A stretch of 64,000 bases of DNA from Azolla caroliniana (Eukaryota > Plantae > Polypodiophyta): NCBI GenBank assembly GCA_043228905.1, contig JBHGNT010000009.1, positions 15,314,001-15,378,000 on the forward strand, read 5' to 3'. The notes under the pieces were generated by a model. It saw nothing but the letters and a program-made list of their open reading frames with translations, had not been told where the DNA came from and made no database searches. A program made the translations under genes and the position numbers. Shown in pieces: positions 48,010 through 59,689 of this stretch. The first letter of the stretch is position 1. Each line of letters starts with the position of its first letter.

Positions 48010-49776
48010 ATGGAGAATCAACAAGAGGCGATGAACATGATGATGATGATGTTCGAGAGAATGCTACAAGAACAACGCGAGATGTCGGAGATCACGATAG
48101 TAGTACAACGGCTCGTGCAACAGAACGGGCAATTCGATGGAAAGGACGTGTCACGCTATCTACGTGACTACAAAATGGAGATGTTGCGATATGGTATCTC
48201 AGAAAGATTGCAAGTGTTATCTTTCAACCGGGTGGCTACGGATGAGCTTCAAGAGAGAATCCACGAGATACAACAACAAAGCCCGATGTGGGAGTCCTTT
48301 GAAGAAGCTATACGAGACACATATGACTATCTAAGACCGAAGCGGACGAGGACATGGTCCACGAACGGCGGTCAACAGTGGGTGAAAAGCGGCCACCGAC
48401 TACCACCGAAGGAGAGCTTGATGCGGAAGGGTTCGGAGATGCATGAAAAGTCGCAAGTCGACATTGAAGGGGAGCTTAAAACCGAACCAAAGTCGAGGCC
48501 AACAAAGGACGAGGAGGAGGAAGATCGAGGACGAAAGGGTATCCCCACACCGGTTCCAGAGACTTCGGCGGTTGTGCCCGTGCACCAACGTGAGACCGGA
48601 GAGACGGAATGTGTCGGCGGAAAAGTGGAGGACCGGAAGGGCAACGAGGAAGACAAAGTAAATGAGCACGAACGAAGGGATTCCTTCACCATTGTTTCGG
48701 AGACTTCGGTACTCAAGCCCGGGTGTCGACATAACACCGAAGATAAGGAAAGTGGCGGCAACGAAACGAAGGTCGAAGCCGATGCATACAAAGGAGAGAT
48801 AGCCAAGGAGAACATGGCTATGGGTGAAACAACGGAAGATGATAATACCGAGGATTCCTACCCACTAATTCTAGAGACTTCGGCGGTTGTGTCCGAGAAC
48901 CAACGTGAGACCGGAGAGACGGGAGGTGGCAGCAAGGAAGGTAAAGTCGGAAGCCGGTTCGGATGGAAGATGATCCATCTGAAATTCCGATGTAAACAAA
49001 AGCATGACAACGCGAAGGTCGGGTCTACGATGGGAGAAGCATGTAATACGGAGCACGCACTACGGCACCAAAAGAAGCACGTGCTACGGCGTAAAAAGAA
49101 GCACGTGCTACGGTGCAAAAAGAAGCATGCACTACGGGGTAATACGACGCATGCACTACGATGGAATACGAAGCATGCATTACAACCACACGAGGACCGA
49201 ACAACGAGCACATATCGGAGGACCTACGTGGCGAACAACGGAAAGAAGTGCCGAAAGTCGAACCGGACAAGGCAGGTGAAAACGAAGAAAAGAAAGCAAA
49301 TCCGGACGAAAAGAAAAGAAAAGAAACCGACCCGAAAGAGCACTGAATCGGTAAAAACCGATCAACCGAGTCCGGATCGACCGAATACAAATCGGAAAGG
49401 AAGCCGAACTAAACGAAAGACGATCCGACGAGACCGAATTGGAAGTAAGCTAATCCGACTAAACCGAAAATCCGAAAAGAAGTCGAGATTGATGAAGAAA
49501 AGAAAGAGGGCAAGAAAAGATACTACCGCGGATGACAAGGACCAAGCGGGCCATGCAAAAAGCGAACGAAGACTATGGTGGATCGGATGTCGACAATGGT
49601 TCGGGTGGAAAGAATGGATGTGCTCCAAATGGAGAGACAAAGTCAACATAACAAGAGAAGTCGAGGGTACTACGAGCCGGCAACGAAACCAATCGGGTAG
49701 AGACCGGACGGAGGAGACTAACAAACACCAACAACTTCGGCACATACCGGAGGATGTGCGGGTTTGGAGGGGGTGA
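48010..49776 (+). CDS. Intact Gag N-terminal domain fused to acidic repeats and a K/R-rich tail (about 588 aa from the first ATG)
   Basis: GQFDGKDVSRYLRDY..WESFEE aligns with Y gag GRFNGKDATKYLASY..WEEFE; no stops from PBS to PPT. Confidence 0.75.
   Translation: MENQQEAMNMMMMMFERMLQEQREMSEITIVVQRLVQQNGQFDGKDVSRYLRDYKMEMLRYGISERLQVLSFNRVATDELQERIHEIQQQSPMWESFEEAIRDTYDYLRPKRTRTWSTNGGQQWVKSGHRLPPKESLMRKGSEMHEKSQVDIEGELKTEPKSRPTKDEEEEDRGRKGIPTPVPETSAVVPVHQRETGETECVGGKVEDRKGNEEDKVNEHERRDSFTIVSETSVLKPGCRHNTEDKESGGNETKVEADAYKGEIAKENMAMGETTEDDNTEDSYPLILETSAVVSENQRETGETGGGSKEGKVGSRFGWKMIHLKFRCKQKHDNAKVGSTMGEACNTEHALRHQKKHVLRRKKKHVLRCKKKHALRGNTTHALRWNTKHALQPHEDRTTSTYRRTYVANNGKKCRKSNRTRQVKTKKRKQIRTKRKEKKPTRKSTESVKTDQPSPDRPNTNRKGSRTKRKTIRRDRIGSKLIRLNRKSEKKSRLMKKRKRARKDTTADDKDQAGHAKSERRLWWIGCRQWFGWKEWMCSKWRDKVNITREVEGTTSRQRNQSGRDRTEETNKHQQLRHIPEDVRVWRG
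49050..49190 (+). repeat. 24-bp tandem repeats encoding (K/T)H(V/A)LRxxx
   Basis: About 6 copies of AAGCAC/TGT/CACTACGG.. Confidence 0.85.
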
Positions 49777-49874
49777 GTGTCGTAGTGTATTTTGTACACT
49801 ACGTGAAAAACGTATATAGTATTAGATTCAATAAAAAATGAAGAAATAGAAGAAAATAGCAAAATAAATGGAAC

Positions 49875-49948
49875 ATGCATAGGGCAAGATTCGAACCTTG
49901 CACCTCCATGTTAATAATGTAATGTCTTACCATTACACTAGCATTTCA
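49875..49948 (-). ncRNA. tRNA-like cassette in the W 3' LTR
   Basis: Copy of 47237-47310. Confidence 0.65.
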
Positions 49949-50613
49949 TTAGTGTTAAAGCATAGATGTCCCACATAGAAAGGTAAATTCACGCTAGGAT
50001 AAACATTAGAAAAACACATAACAAAAGAAAAAGCTACACATACACATCTAGCGTGCATGATAAAAAACGCACAAGTTAGAAAAAAAACATGATCACTTTA
50101 GATAAAGCATATAGTCTATCTATAGGAAAAGCATGGGGTCTATAGTTAGAGAAAAAGCATGGATTACTAAGACTTCCTCATCACTACATAAGGATGGGGA
50201 GCACAATGTAATTGTGTGTGTGAAATATTTGGGAAATTGGATATATTTCCTAAAACACCAATTAATAAAATATACTCGTGGGATTCACGAAGTTTAAGAT
50301 AATCTATCTCTTTCAATCTAAATTCATATTCTTACATAAATATTGATTAATGTAATACTTGTGGGATTCACAAGGTTTGATCTCTTTTCTCAATCTACTC
50401 TAATCTATTCTAAATTATTTCAATTTATTACTATGATTTAGATAAACTAAAACAATTATACTTGTGGGATTCACAAGTTTCTATATCTCTTTCTTATAAT
50501 CTATTCATATTCATAACTAGATTAGCCTCAAATTCTTCCTCCTCCTAGTCCAAAACCCCGGTGGTTCCTACCCGACTCACGCAACGATCCGGAGCCGAAA
50601 GGCACGACAGCGT

Positions 50614-51391
50614 GCTCCTTTGCCGCCTGCTCCGTGTCGGTTGTCTTCCCCTTAGTGGTCTTGGTGGTCAACAACTGCTGTCATTTTGAAGCAGCTTTTG
50701 GGGTGCCGTTCGTTGCTCTTCCCCGCTTCTTGGTCTGGACGGGCTCGACAGGTGGCGCCAATAGGGTGAGCCATTGCGCCACCGCATGCCATATTTTCCG
50801 GCCTTCTTTGGCTTCCTTACCTCTTATGGTGTCAATAGCTGCACACAATCCGTCGGCGATCAGCACCGGCCAATCCACCTTGACCCCTTCGTATGTTGCG
50901 ATGATCAAGCCTGCTCAGTTCTGAGGCATAACGGGGGGTCGAGGGTATACGTGGCCGAACTCATGGAGTACAAGGGCAATTTCTCGGAATAACATATCTT
51001 CTCCGCCATGTGTCCTGTAGCCCTTGTTGGCCAGAGAATACTCGCCGAAGTATTTGATGAGCCGTTCGGAGGTAGGGTTGTCAATAATATAGATGCCCCC
51101 CTCCGAAAGGCCTGTTAGTGAACAAATCGCTTCCTCCGTGATCAGCTCGGTGTCAATTTCTTTGATGATCTTGTCGGCTTCTCTGTGTGGTGGTGCTTCC
51201 ATGATTGTGAGGAACCCCTCCAATCCGTGTTGTCGTAGCCATTTCTTGGCGGCCTCAGAGAGAGTCTGGCAGTCCATGTCTGTGTAGAGGTCAGACAACG
51301 TTGGTGAGGGCTGTGTATGAGGAAGCTCTGTGTGAGGAGGCTCTGTGTGAGGAAGCTCTGTGTGAGTTGGATCTCTTCTGATGATCTTCAA
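50614..51391 (-). pseudogene. A2 accessory ORF, N-terminal PMD-like part
   Basis: QHGLEGFL..ITEEAICSLTGLSEGG..VDWPVLIADGL..QWLTLLAP. Confidence 0.8.
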
Positions 51392-51799
51392 GCGCTTGTG
51401 TGCGTTTGTGCTCCATGGTTCGCGAAAGAAGAAGGTCTCGATTCGGGGGGGGGGGGGGGGGTTTCTCTCTGCATCTTGGCGCCTTTTTCGAGCCTACGCA
51501 TGTGCAGGTTGTATACTATAATAGCATTACGTGCCATGTGGCGATGGTTTAATGCCCTATTCATAGCCCCCTCGTACCTTTTCGAAGTGCCTCTTTACTC
51601 CTTGTTTGCATGGCCGTTCACACCACTCCTTTGCATGATTTCTTTGATTCGTTTCAATTTTTTTTTTCAATATCAATTGTTAGGTTAATTCATCTCCGGT
51701 CCTATCGGACCCTTACCCGAATGAGGAATCTTGCTGGCCTTGTGACAGTTTGCCGTCCTCTTATCCAACCCGTCTGCCGGCTCTTTGTCCCCCTTACCG

Positions 51800-54323
51800 G
51801 CTTCGTTGTTGCCGATTGCTAATCGGGTTGCCGTTGTTTCCGGTATGCCGGTATCTGGTTCGGCATCGGCCTTTCCTTGTTCAAATGGGTTCCTCGGCAT
51901 GGGTACCTTGTATGGCTTTAGTAGAAATCCGTTGACCCACTTACCCAAGACTTCGCCGGCAAGTGTCCCTAACTAGTAGGATCCATTGAACTTGCGTGTG
52001 ATCCAGTACGGTCCGGTCCACCGAAACCGTAGTTTCCTTGGCATCTTTCCCATCCGGGTCTGGAACACTAGTACCGTCTTGCCGATTCCAAACATCTTTT
52101 CATTTCCTTTTCGGTGGTGATCCACAAACGCCTTTCTTCGCCGCTGCTCCAGTTCCAGGTGCATGATACTCGCTAGTCGGTGTTCTTCTAGTTCACACAG
52201 AGCTGCTAACCGAATTGCCTCCGATTCCTTCTCGTTTAACTGTTCCCTAATCTGAATCCGTAAGCTCGGAACTTGGAACTCTACCGGCATGACGGCCTCC
52301 AATCCGAATGCTAGCCGGAACGGTGTGGCTTGGATGCTTGTTTTGTAGGCTGTCCGGTAAGCCCAGAGTGCGCTGTGCAACTTCGTATCCCAGTCTGTCT
52401 GGTTTTCGTTAACGATTTTCCGAAGGATATTCTGTAGCATTTTGTTCGTCGACTCGGCTAACCCGTTTGCTTGCGGATAGTATGGCGTGCTCCGTTTATG
52501 CACCACGGCATAGAACGACGTCAAGCTTTCCACCACTTGGCCGAGGAAGTGCCCTCCTTGGTCACTTATTAGCTCGATCGGGCATCCATACCTGCACCAG
52601 ATCTATTCATACAAGAATTTCGTCGTCGACGTCGCGGTGTTATCGCACAAGGCTTTGGCTTCTACCCATTTCGTGTAGTAATCCGTAGCTATGATCACAT
52701 ACCGGTTGCCGGTTCTCATTGCCGGTGGTTTGAATGGACCCACAAAATCCAGCCCCCATTTCTGAAATGGTTCTAACGACAGTACCGGTTGGTGTGGTAT
52801 CCTAGCTTGTTTGGTTGGCTAGCCCATTCGCTGATATAGATCACATTCTTTAGCATACCGGACCGCGTCTTTCAATGTTGTCGGCCACCATAGGCCACTC
52901 TGCCATATCTTCCTTGCCGTAGCATCTCCGGCGTAATGGCCTTTGGTGACTCCACAGTGTGCTTCTCGTAGTATTATTTCCTTCTCGTTGCTACACACCG
53001 CATGTCGCCATATACCGTCCGCGCCTTTGTGGTATAGCGTGTCCCGTAATAAACAGAAGTGTCGGCTTTGTACCGCCAGGCGTTTCCTCTCGTCCCGGTT
53101 CATCTCCTCCGGAGGCAATCCGGTGCTTAGAAATTGTTGCATATTCGTTAGCCACTTATCTTCTTGTGCCACCGTTTCCGCAGTGATTCGAAATAGCTCA
53201 GCATCCCGAAACTCGTCCGGGACTCCGTCACCAGTCTCACCAGAATCTAATCGGCTCAAATAGTCTGCTACTGCGTGCTGTATGCCGGGTCGGTGGAATA
53301 TTTCGAACTCAAATTCCTGCAACAGTAACGTCCACCGTGCCAACTTACCGGTTAGTGACGCTTTGGAAACTAAATAGAGGTGTGCCGAATGATCTACGTG
53401 GAAGGAAAATTTCATTCCCAGCAAATAATGTCTGAATTTTGTCACGCTGTAGATCATGCCCAAAGCTTCCCTTTCCGTGGTGGAATAATTTCATTTGGCT
53501 TGGGATAACTTTCGGCTTGCGTAATATACGAGCCGTACCACCTTGGCTCCGTAAGTTGCATCTGCGCACTTCCGATTGCAATGTCGAACGCATCCACGAA
53601 CACATGAAACTCCTTAGCCCAATCCGGGGGTTGCACTACCGGCACTTGCGACAATAGTACTTTGAGTGCCCGGTACGCCTTGTCTTCGGTGTTGGTCCAC
53701 TGGAACGGTGTTCGGTGTACCGCAACATGCAGTGGTGTAGCTAGGTCCGCCAGATACCAGAGCATTCAGCTATGCCACCGGATTTGGCCTAAGAAACGGC
53801 TTAATGCTTTGGCCGTTGTTGGTGCCGGTGCCTCCAAGATTGCTTTTACTTTGTCTGGGTCCACGACAATTCCTTCCTTGCTCACAATGTGTCCTAATAG
53901 CGCCCCGCTTGACACTCCGAATACACATTTTGCCGGATTCAAGCTTAGCCGGGAAGCCCAACATTTCTCTAGACACAGTCGGAGGTGCTGAAAGTGATCT
54001 CCTTCCCGGCTATAGACGGCAAAGTCATCCAGAAACACTTGCATGAATGCTGGTATGAATTCTCCAAATATTTCCATGATGATCCTCTGGAACGTTGCCG
54101 GCGTCGTTTTTAGTCCGAACATCATTTCTACAATAACAAACACTCCCCATTCGGTGATGAAAGCCGTTTTCTCTTGGTCATCGGGGTGCATCTAGATCTG
54201 GTTGTATCCACTGAATCCGTCTAAGAAACTATACACCTCATGGCCGGTGACTGCGTCCAACACTCCATCCGTAAATGGGAGTGGGCATGCATCTGTTACC
54301 GTCGCCGCATTAAGCTTACGGTA
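51800..54323 (-). pseudogene. A2 RT-RH-IN
   Basis: HPDDQEKTAF..FLDDF; FHVFVDA; HYAGDATARK; RWTGPY. Confidence 0.93.
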
Positions 54324-54775
54324 GTTGATGTTACTGGCCCGCAAAGGAGTCTAGAGTGTGAAACGAAGGAGTTATGTAATTATTAAGGAATGGTTGTAAG
54401 TAAGCTATTAGTGTGGACGGACGAACCGGAATCGGTATGCCATTCCGGATCTGGACTGATTCCGAACAGGTGCGGATGGCACCGTTTTGTACTACAAACC
54501 GGAAACCTATTTAAAGGCCCGGATACAATGTAATGAGAAGCGGATAATTAATGAAGCTTAATGTTTTTATCTCTCTGTGTTAATTGCCGTTCTGCATTCA
54601 TTGTTATATCTTATGCGTGTGATTATTAAGGACGATCTTGCTAGGTAACCTAATTAAGTCGGATTAATCGTTGAGCCTAATCCTCTTGCCGTAACACCCC
54701 TTTGGTGAAGTGTCTTCCGTAGACACCATGTGTTAGGCCATTGTCCGGCCCTAAGAGTTAACACAGTTTGAGCGG

Positions 54776-57700
54776 CAAAAGGAGAACACCGTAGGGCTTG
54801 CCGAAGGCAGTCACTCCGAGAACGAGACATGGCAGGCGTTGCAAGAATGCTAGATTACGCTGCCACTAGGAAGACTCCTACAGCTCGTGCTGAGATTCAC
54901 GGAAGGACTGAAGACAACCATGACGGAAGGAGAATCATCATCGGCACCGGTACTCTTCTTGAATCTGGAGGAGGGACCAACAGTGGTGGACACCAATAGT
55001 CCGGTAATTACTGCCATTGTAAAAGGGAAAGAACTCCCCAACACAGTAATAGACGGAGGCTCCGGTGTGAATGTAATAAGCCTCCGGACATGTGATGCCC
55101 TAGGAATCCACGAGTGGGAGCCGTGTCCGTTCTGGTTACGGATGGCCGATACAAGCTCAGTGCGGCCGACAAGATTAATACGAAAATTAGAAGTCACCGT
55201 TGGTGGTCATACATTTCACATCTCGGCAGTAGTGCTACAATTACAGGCACAAGGCGCGTACCCGCTATTGCTGGGGCGGCCGTGGTTGAAAACGGCACAT
55301 ATCAAACAGAATTGGAGGAAAAATATAATTACCTTCTGGCGAGGAAAAGCCAAGGTACGTGTACCAACACAGCCAAGGACGAGCACTGGCAAGGAATGTA
55401 CACCGTTGTATGCAGAGTGCGTCAACATGCTAGAAGGGTTAGCTGACGAAGAAGAAGCTCAGTACTTGTAGGAAAACTCGAAGATCGTACCCCTCTTCGA
55501 AATTGACATTGCCGAAGCAGTAGCACCATACTTACCGCAGCCGGAAGAGACTGAAGTAGAACCGGATAAGGATGCAATCCGAGAGTTACGGCAAGCGCAG
55601 GAAGCGTTGGAATGGGAAATGGCCGTTTCGCAACGCGTAAAAATGTCGCAACTTGAAGAGGTGAACCTAGGGACCACAGACGAAGCAAAACCGGTGCACA
55701 TCGCCAAGGAGATGAAGTCCGAAGACAAAACGGCGATGATCACACTTCTCACGGAATTTCGCAACGTGTTTGCCTAGTCATACGAAGACATGCGAGGGCT
55801 CGACCCTCAGTTATACCAGCATCAGATTCACTTGAGCAAGGATGCAAAACCAGTGGCACAAAGATGGTACCGGATGAATCCCAATTATGCCGCCAAAGTC
55901 AAGGAGGAAATCGACAAACTGCTAAGAGTTGGCTTTATCCGTCCAGTAAAGAAAGCGACATGGCTGAGCCTGATCGTAGTCGTACCAAAGAAGAACGGAA
56001 AAATTCGAGTTTGTGTGGACTACCGGAAACTCAATGCGGCTACGGTAACTGATGTGTTTCCACTTCCGTTCACAGATGGAGTGTTGGATGTCGTCGCCGG
56101 CCATGAGGTCTATAGCTTTCTAGACGGATTCAGCGGGTATAATCAGATCCGGATGCACCCCGACGACCAAGAGAAAACGGCTTTCGTCACCGAATGGGGG
56201 GTGTTTGTGGCCGTGGTGATGATGTTCGGACTCAAAACGGCACCGGCAACATTCCAACGAATCATCATGGAAATCTTTGGTGAATATATCCCGGCTTTTA
56301 TGCAGGTTTTCCTTGACGATTTTGCCGTCTATAGCCGGGAAGAGGACCATTTTTAGCACCTCCGTCTTTGTCTAGAAAAGTGTAGAGCATACCGGCTAAG
56401 CTTGAATCCGGTGAAGTGTGTATTTGGCATGTCCAGTGGAACCCTACTAGGACATATTGTGAGCAAGGAAGGCATTACAGTCGACCCGGACAAAGTGAAA
56501 GCCATATTAGAAGCACCGGCGCCGGCAACAGCAAAGGCATTGAGCCGGTTCTTAGGACAGATCCGGTGGCACAGCCGGATGCTCCGATACTTGGCTGACC
56601 TGGCTACACCGTTGCATGCCGCGGTACATCGAACACCATTCCAGTGGACCGACACCGAGGATAGGGCATATAGGGCCCTCAAGGTACTATTGTCGCAAGC
56701 ACCGGTAGTGCAGCCTCCGGATTGGAGTAAAGAATTTCATGTGTTCGTGGACGCCTCCGACATCGCAATCGGAAGCGCACTGATGCAGCTTACGGAGCCA
56801 AAGTGGTACCGGTCAGTGTACTATGCCAGCCGAAAACTATCCCAAGCGGAACGGAACTACTCTACCATGGAACGGGAAGCTCTAGGGATGATCTACAGTG
56901 TGACAAAGTTTCGGCATTATTTATTTAGTAGATCATTCGACACTCCTCTACCTGGTGTCCAAGGCGTCACTCACCGGTAAGTTGGCCCGGTGGACCTTAC
57001 TGTTACAAGAATTCGAGTTTGAAATATTCCACCGACCCGGTATACAGCATGCCGTAGCGGATTATTTAAGCCGATTAGAGTCCGGAGAGACGGGCGACGG
57101 AGTAGCGGACGAGTTTCTGGATGCGGAGTTGTTTCGAGTCACTACGGAAACGGCCGCAGATGAAACGGTGGCACAGGAAGACAAGTGGCTCACAAATATG
57201 CACCAGTTTCTGAGCACAGGACTGCCTCTGGAGGAGATGAACCGGGACGAAAGGAAACGCCTGGCGGTGCAAAGCCGACATTTCTGCTTACTGCGAGACA
57301 CACTTTACCACAAGGGCGCGAACGACATATGGAGACGGGCTGTGCGCAGCGATGAAAAGGACCTCATACTAAGGGAAGCCCACTGCGGAGTTGCCGGAGG
57401 TCACTATGCCAGAGATGCGACGGCCAGGAAAATATGGCAAAGTGGTCTATGGTGGCCAACTACATTAAGAGATGTTGTACGGTACGCAAAAGACTGTGAC
57501 CTATGCTAGCGAATGGGCCAGCCAACGGAGCAAGCTCGGATGCCACACCAGCCTGTACTACCACTCGAACCATTCCAGAAGTGGGGGCTGGACTTTGTTG
57601 GACCGTTCAAACCACCGGCAATGAGAACAGGTAATCGGTACGTCATCGTCGCGACGGATTACTGCACGAAATGGGTGGAGGCCAAAGCCTTAAGAGACAA

Positions 57701-59260
57701 CACCGTTGCGTCAACGGCAAAATTTCTATACGAATACATCTGGTGCCGTTACGGATGCCCAATCGAATTAATAATCGACCAAGGGGGGCACTTTCTCGGC
57801 CAAGTAGTTGAAAGCCTGACGACATTCTATGCCGTTGTCCATAAACGGAGCACACCATACTATCTGCAAGCAAACGGGTTAGCTGAGTCAACGAACAAAA
57901 AGCTCCAGAATATCCTCCGGAAGATCGTCAACGAAAACTGAACGGATTGGGATACCAAGCTACATAGCGCGCTTTGGGCATACCGGACAGCATACAAAAC
58001 GAGCATCCGAACAACACCGTTCCGGTTAGCGTTCGGACTAGAGGCGGTCATGCCGGTGGAATTCCAAGTACCAAGCTTACGGATCCAGCTACGGGAACGG
58101 CTGAACGAGGAGTCGGAGGCAATACGGTTACCAGCGCTATGTGAACTCGAAGAACAACAACTGGCAAGCATCCTACACTTAGAATTGGAACAACGGCAAC
58201 GGAAAGCATTTGTTGACCGGCACAAGAAAGGAAATGAAAAAATGTTCAAAATCGGCAAGCCGGTGTTAGTATTTCAGACCCGGATGGGCAAGATGCCGGG
58301 TAAACTACGGTTTAGATGGACCGGCCCGTATTGGCTGACACGTGAGTATAATGGATCCTACCAGTTAGGGACACTTGCCGGCGAAGTGCTAGGCAAATGT
58401 TGGGAGAGAGGTCCCTCCGGATGGGAAGGGAGAAGAACAGTGCCGATGAACAAACTCGGCCGAGGCCGAAACCGTATGAGGAGGACTCGGCTACGGAGAG
58501 CCAGATGATACAGACCCGATATGAACCGGATGAGGAGTACCCGGCTACGGAGAGCCGAATGATACAGACCCGGTGAAGACCGGATGAGGAGTACCCGGCT
58601 ACGGAGAGCCGAATGATACAGACCCGGTGAAGACCGGATGAGGAGTACCCCGCTACGGAGAGCCGGATGGTGTAGACCCGGTATGAACCTGATGAGGAGT
58701 ACTCGGCTACGGAGAGCCGGATGGAGCAGACCCGGTATGAACCGGATGAAGAGACATATTCGTAAATATGTTTCTGAAGAGCCCATCGTGGCTATATTTG
58801 TAAATAGCCGAAAAGTCATATTAGTATAAATATGACTTAGGGCAAACTAGTTAGGTGGTTGTCATTCTTGTTGGTAAAAGAATAGTGAGAGCGCGTAACT
58901 GTGTACAGAGAGAGAGAGAGAGAAAGTGGTCGTTGCCTCTGTTGTAACCGCCGCCTGTGGCGAAGATATGTGAGCACGAGGTCGTTGCCTTAGTGAACTC
59001 ACTGTTGTACATTCTTACATAGTGACATTTTGCAGCCTGTGGGCTGCCGTGGTTTTTTCCCCTACTTTGGGGTTTTCCACGTAAACCTCCTGTGTACCTT
59101 CCTTCTTCTTTGTGTCGTGTTTTATTTCCCGTTTTTTGTGTATCATTCTAAACTCGGTTGTGGCCGAGCGTTGTGCATAAGGAGCGTTGAGTTCCCGTCA
59201 ACAAATAGGTCAACGGATTCAGATTGAAGCCATATAGAGGACTGATGCCCAAGAACCCAT
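54776..59260 (+). pseudogene. A3 PR-RT-RH-IN (interrupted by a solo LTR)
   Basis: VIDGGSGVNVIS; KIRVCVDYRKLN..FLDDF; FVDASD; KWGLDFVGP; RWTGPY; GK|xVNGFRLKPY. Confidence 0.93.
58398..59200 (+). repeat. Solo LTR of the Copia D family
   Basis: Reverse-complement homolog of 16174-17005; flanks GCAAA (58393-58397) and ACAAA (59201-59205). Confidence 0.9.
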
Positions 59261-59689
59261 TTGAGCAAAGGACCGACACCGGATCGGGAACCTGTGCGGA
59301 AACGGCAACCTGTGAGGGAAACGGCAACCACCAAGACGGAGGAGATGGCAAGCTGGTAACTGGGGAGAATGAGGCGACGACAAACCGTAATGAGGCCGGT
59401 AAGGGTCCAATAGGACAACGGACAAGTAACCTCACACTACATTTAAAAAAAAAAGAAAAAAAGAAAAAAAGAAAAGAAAAAGCGAAGTAATCATGCAAAA
59501 GCGAGGTATGAACGGATGAGAGAGCGAGGAGCGAAAAGGTACGTAGTGGGCATTTAAGCACCGCCACTGGACATAATGTTATTTTAGGACACGACTTGCA
59601 CACGCTCGAAAAAGGCGCTAGAATGCACAGAGAAAAACCACAGCGCATGGAGACCTTCTACTTTCGCGAACCCAGGAGCAGCACAAACA

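Larger units (their letters stand above)
47140..50609 (+). mobile_element. Young non-autonomous Gag-only LTR element W (Gypsy-B related)
   Basis: 832-bp LTRs 47140-47971 and 49778-50609, about 3 differences seen. 4-bp TSD GCGT at 47136-47139 and 50610-50613. tRNA-Trp PBS 47976-47993. PPT 49766-49777. Confidence 0.95.

Noticed and set aside
51305-51460. 15-bp TELPH repeats and a long G run
   Set aside because: Local slippage expansions not shared with A1; no evidence of function.
54701-54730. TGGTGAAGTG as the PBS of Gypsy-A
   Set aside because: It lies inside both LTR copies; the TSD and host continuity place the LTR end about 60 bp further on.
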